DNA from: Antedon mediterranea
Taxonomy: Eukaryota; Animalia; Echinodermata
DNA length: 64,000 bases
Direction of reading: 5' to 3'
Assembly: GCF_964355755.1 (NCBI RefSeq)
Contig: NC_092670.1
Coordinates: 34,398,388 to 34,462,387, forward strand
In this document: piece after piece, positions 62,083-64,000 of the stretch
Layout: each line of letters opens with the position of its first letter
Position numbering within the stretch: the first letter of the stretch is position 1
Program-made: the position numbers and the translations under genes
The notes under the pieces: generated by a model
What the model saw: the letters and a program-made list of their open reading frames with translations, nothing else
Told to the model about the DNA's origin: nothing
Database searches by the model: none

Positions 62083-62247
62083 ATGAAGATTGTGTTTTTA
62101 GCTTTAACAATAGCTGTATTGTCTATTGGTACTGAGTCATATCCAGTAGGTTTATGTCCCCCATTCTGGACTCATTTTCAAAGCAGTTGCTATCGAATCT
62201 TCGGGACCAAGCTAACATGGTCTGAAGCAGACAAAAGCTGTAACACT
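62083..62247 (+). pseudogene. N-terminal part of a secreted C-type lectin, truncated in this window
   Basis: Signal peptide, then CPPFWTHFQSSCYRIF...LTWSEADKSC, the long-form CTLD start; no downstream CTLD exon seen. Confidence 0.75.
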
Positions 62248-63266
62248 AGTAGTAATATATACAGGTACAGCCCCCGTAGAGGGCGTTTGAGGGGATGACA
62301 TTAGTTAATCCTATTATAATTAATACAATGGTAAACAATGGTAAGGAAGTAAAACAATGGAGATGTTATTTAATTTGAAAAAGACAATGGTTAACGATGC
62401 TAAGGAAGTAAGACAATAGAGTTGTTTGGTTTTGGAAGTTAATCAATGACAACAATAAAAAGACAAGAATATAATGAAGTGATATTTAAGTATGTCTTGA
62501 TTGAACTATACCAACATGTACTTAATTTCTTCCGGAATTTTAACAATGGAGCTTCGCAATGAAAGATTGGTGTAACGTGAAGCAAGATGTTAAGTTTCAC
62601 TATTTTTCAAAAAATGCAACAATAATAATAATAATAATAATAACACTAATAATAATAATAATAATAAGCTTTATTTAATCACCGATACTTAACTCAACTA
62701 AAAGTTGTTTTTCAGTAAGACCGTGCTCAAAGGAAAACACCAACAATAATAAATGTAAAAAGCAGATATCAAATCAAATAATAAAACAATTACAGAAGCA
62801 AAAAACAAAAGCAGATAATAAAACAATTACAATGAAATAAAATGAAACAAGGATATGACAATGACAATTGGCTGAAAAAAATTGAGTAAATGCCGAATGT
62901 AATCCTTTGACTGTATATAACTCTCGAATATTTTGTCATCTTTACCTCATTCCACAACGCTACAGCCTGACAGACTTAGCATATTCAACCAAAAACCAAC
63001 AACTAGTTACTATGGGTTCCGTGATTGATCTTACTATGGACTGTGTGGGGAAGCTACTTAATGAAACAAAAGATACACGGCGCTTCGACACAATGTTCCG
63101 ACAGGAAATACAACAATGACAATTGGCTGAAACAAATTCAGTAAATGCCGAATGTAATCCTTTGACTGTATATAACTCTCGAATATTTTGTCATCTTTAC
63201 CTCATTCCACAACGCTACAGCCTGACAGACTTAGCATATTCAACCAAAAACCAACAACTAGTTACT

Positions 63267-63719
63267 ATGGGTTCCGTGATTGAAATCATTGATCTTACTA
63301 TGGACTCTGATGTCGAAGAAGAAGTTATAGATATAACCAATGATTCAGAATCTGAAGACGAAGACATACCAGCTATGACTGGTGCCTATTTTACAGCAGA
63401 GGAGGAGGAAGAGATGGAGGATATGACGTGTTTACTGACGATTCAACCCCCACCTCCAATGAACGTTGATTTAAATAATGTATCTATTATGTATACTGAA
63501 GAAGACGATCATTATAGATCGAGAATAATTTCTGACGAGGAGAGGATTGTATATGGTGACACGTCATCGGTAGGTGACTACCACCTATTTTTGGCAAGAA
63601 AAGCAGATGTAAAAGATGAGGTAGAAGATGAGGTGTTTAAGGAAGAGTACCTGAACCCTGTGCTGGAGGCGGAAATTAAGAAAGAAACTATACTACCGAA
63701 CTTAAGTACAAAGAAATAA
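63267..63719 (+). CDS. Acidic protein with tandem SUMO-interacting-like motifs (about 150 aa)
   Basis: ATG 63267 downstream of TATATAA (about 63169); VIEIIDLT and EEEVIDIT followed by acidic runs. Confidence 0.5.
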   Translation: MGSVIEIIDLTMDSDVEEEVIDITNDSESEDEDIPAMTGAYFTAEEEEEMEDMTCLLTIQPPPPMNVDLNNVSIMYTEEDDHYRSRIISDEERIVYGDTSSVGDYHLFLARKADVKDEVEDEVFKEEYLNPVLEAEIKKETILPNLSTKK

Positions 63720-63991
63720 TGAGAACAATTGAGGTTTTCATAGAAGAATTAATATTCATTCTGAATGACATGGTTGAATGTTATAACTTTCACGGCTCAA
63801 GATATGAGCAACTCCTAACATTTTTTCGACCAATTCTGGCATTGAAACTTGTGGACAATAGCGCTACCCATTTTGAATTGGCGCTAAACTACTTTCATTT
63901 ACGTTGTATCAATGTTGATGCGTTCGATAAAGCCATAAAGTTGATTACAAATGATTCAGAACTGTTTAATAAGATTCTTAACCAATTGTAA
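63719..63991 (+). CDS. Hypothetical 90-aa protein overlapping the previous stop codon
   Basis: TAATG overlap at 63717-63721; no recognised homology. Confidence 0.4.
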   Translation: MRTIEVFIEELIFILNDMVECYNFHGSRYEQLLTFFRPILALKLVDNSATHFELALNYFHLRCINVDAFDKAIKLITNDSELFNKILNQL

Positions 63992-64000
63992 TTTGTACAA

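Larger units (their letters stand above)
62248..64000 (+). mobile_element. Probable left end of a Polinton/Maverick-like element
   Basis: Begins AGTAGT exactly where lectin homology stops; followed by compact intronless ORFs coupled by TAATG. No hallmark gene is inside the window. Confidence 0.45.

Overview
AT-rich animal (eukaryotic) genomic DNA. A marine invertebrate, possibly an echinoderm, is a guess from repeat style and the lectin; the species cannot be determined from the sequence. Left part: a spliced, secreted alpha-carbonic anhydrase on the minus strand (ATG 10234, 3' end beyond position 1). It lies head-to-head with a 16-17-exon DIDO1/PHF3-type PHD-BRK-TFIIS-SPOC gene on the plus strand (stop 31327). 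The introns contain many MITEs, SINEs and minisatellites. Right part (37.3-61.8 kb): a tandem array of intronless type I membrane proteins. Each full member has a signal peptide, up to three divergent Ig-like domains, a TM helix and a modular tyrosine-motif tail. The array has three intact ORFs, one frameshifted member, two members with a decayed ectodomain but a preserved TM+tail, and decayed fragments; it is the best candidate for an undescribed immune/recognition receptor system. It is invaded by a young non-autonomous LTR element, a LINE containing a precisely inserted Helitron-like element, a hAT remnant and a 5S-derived sequence. The window ends in a C-type lectin exon cut off by a probable Polinton/Maverick-like insertion. 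All calls come from manual reading and translation; no database searches were run.
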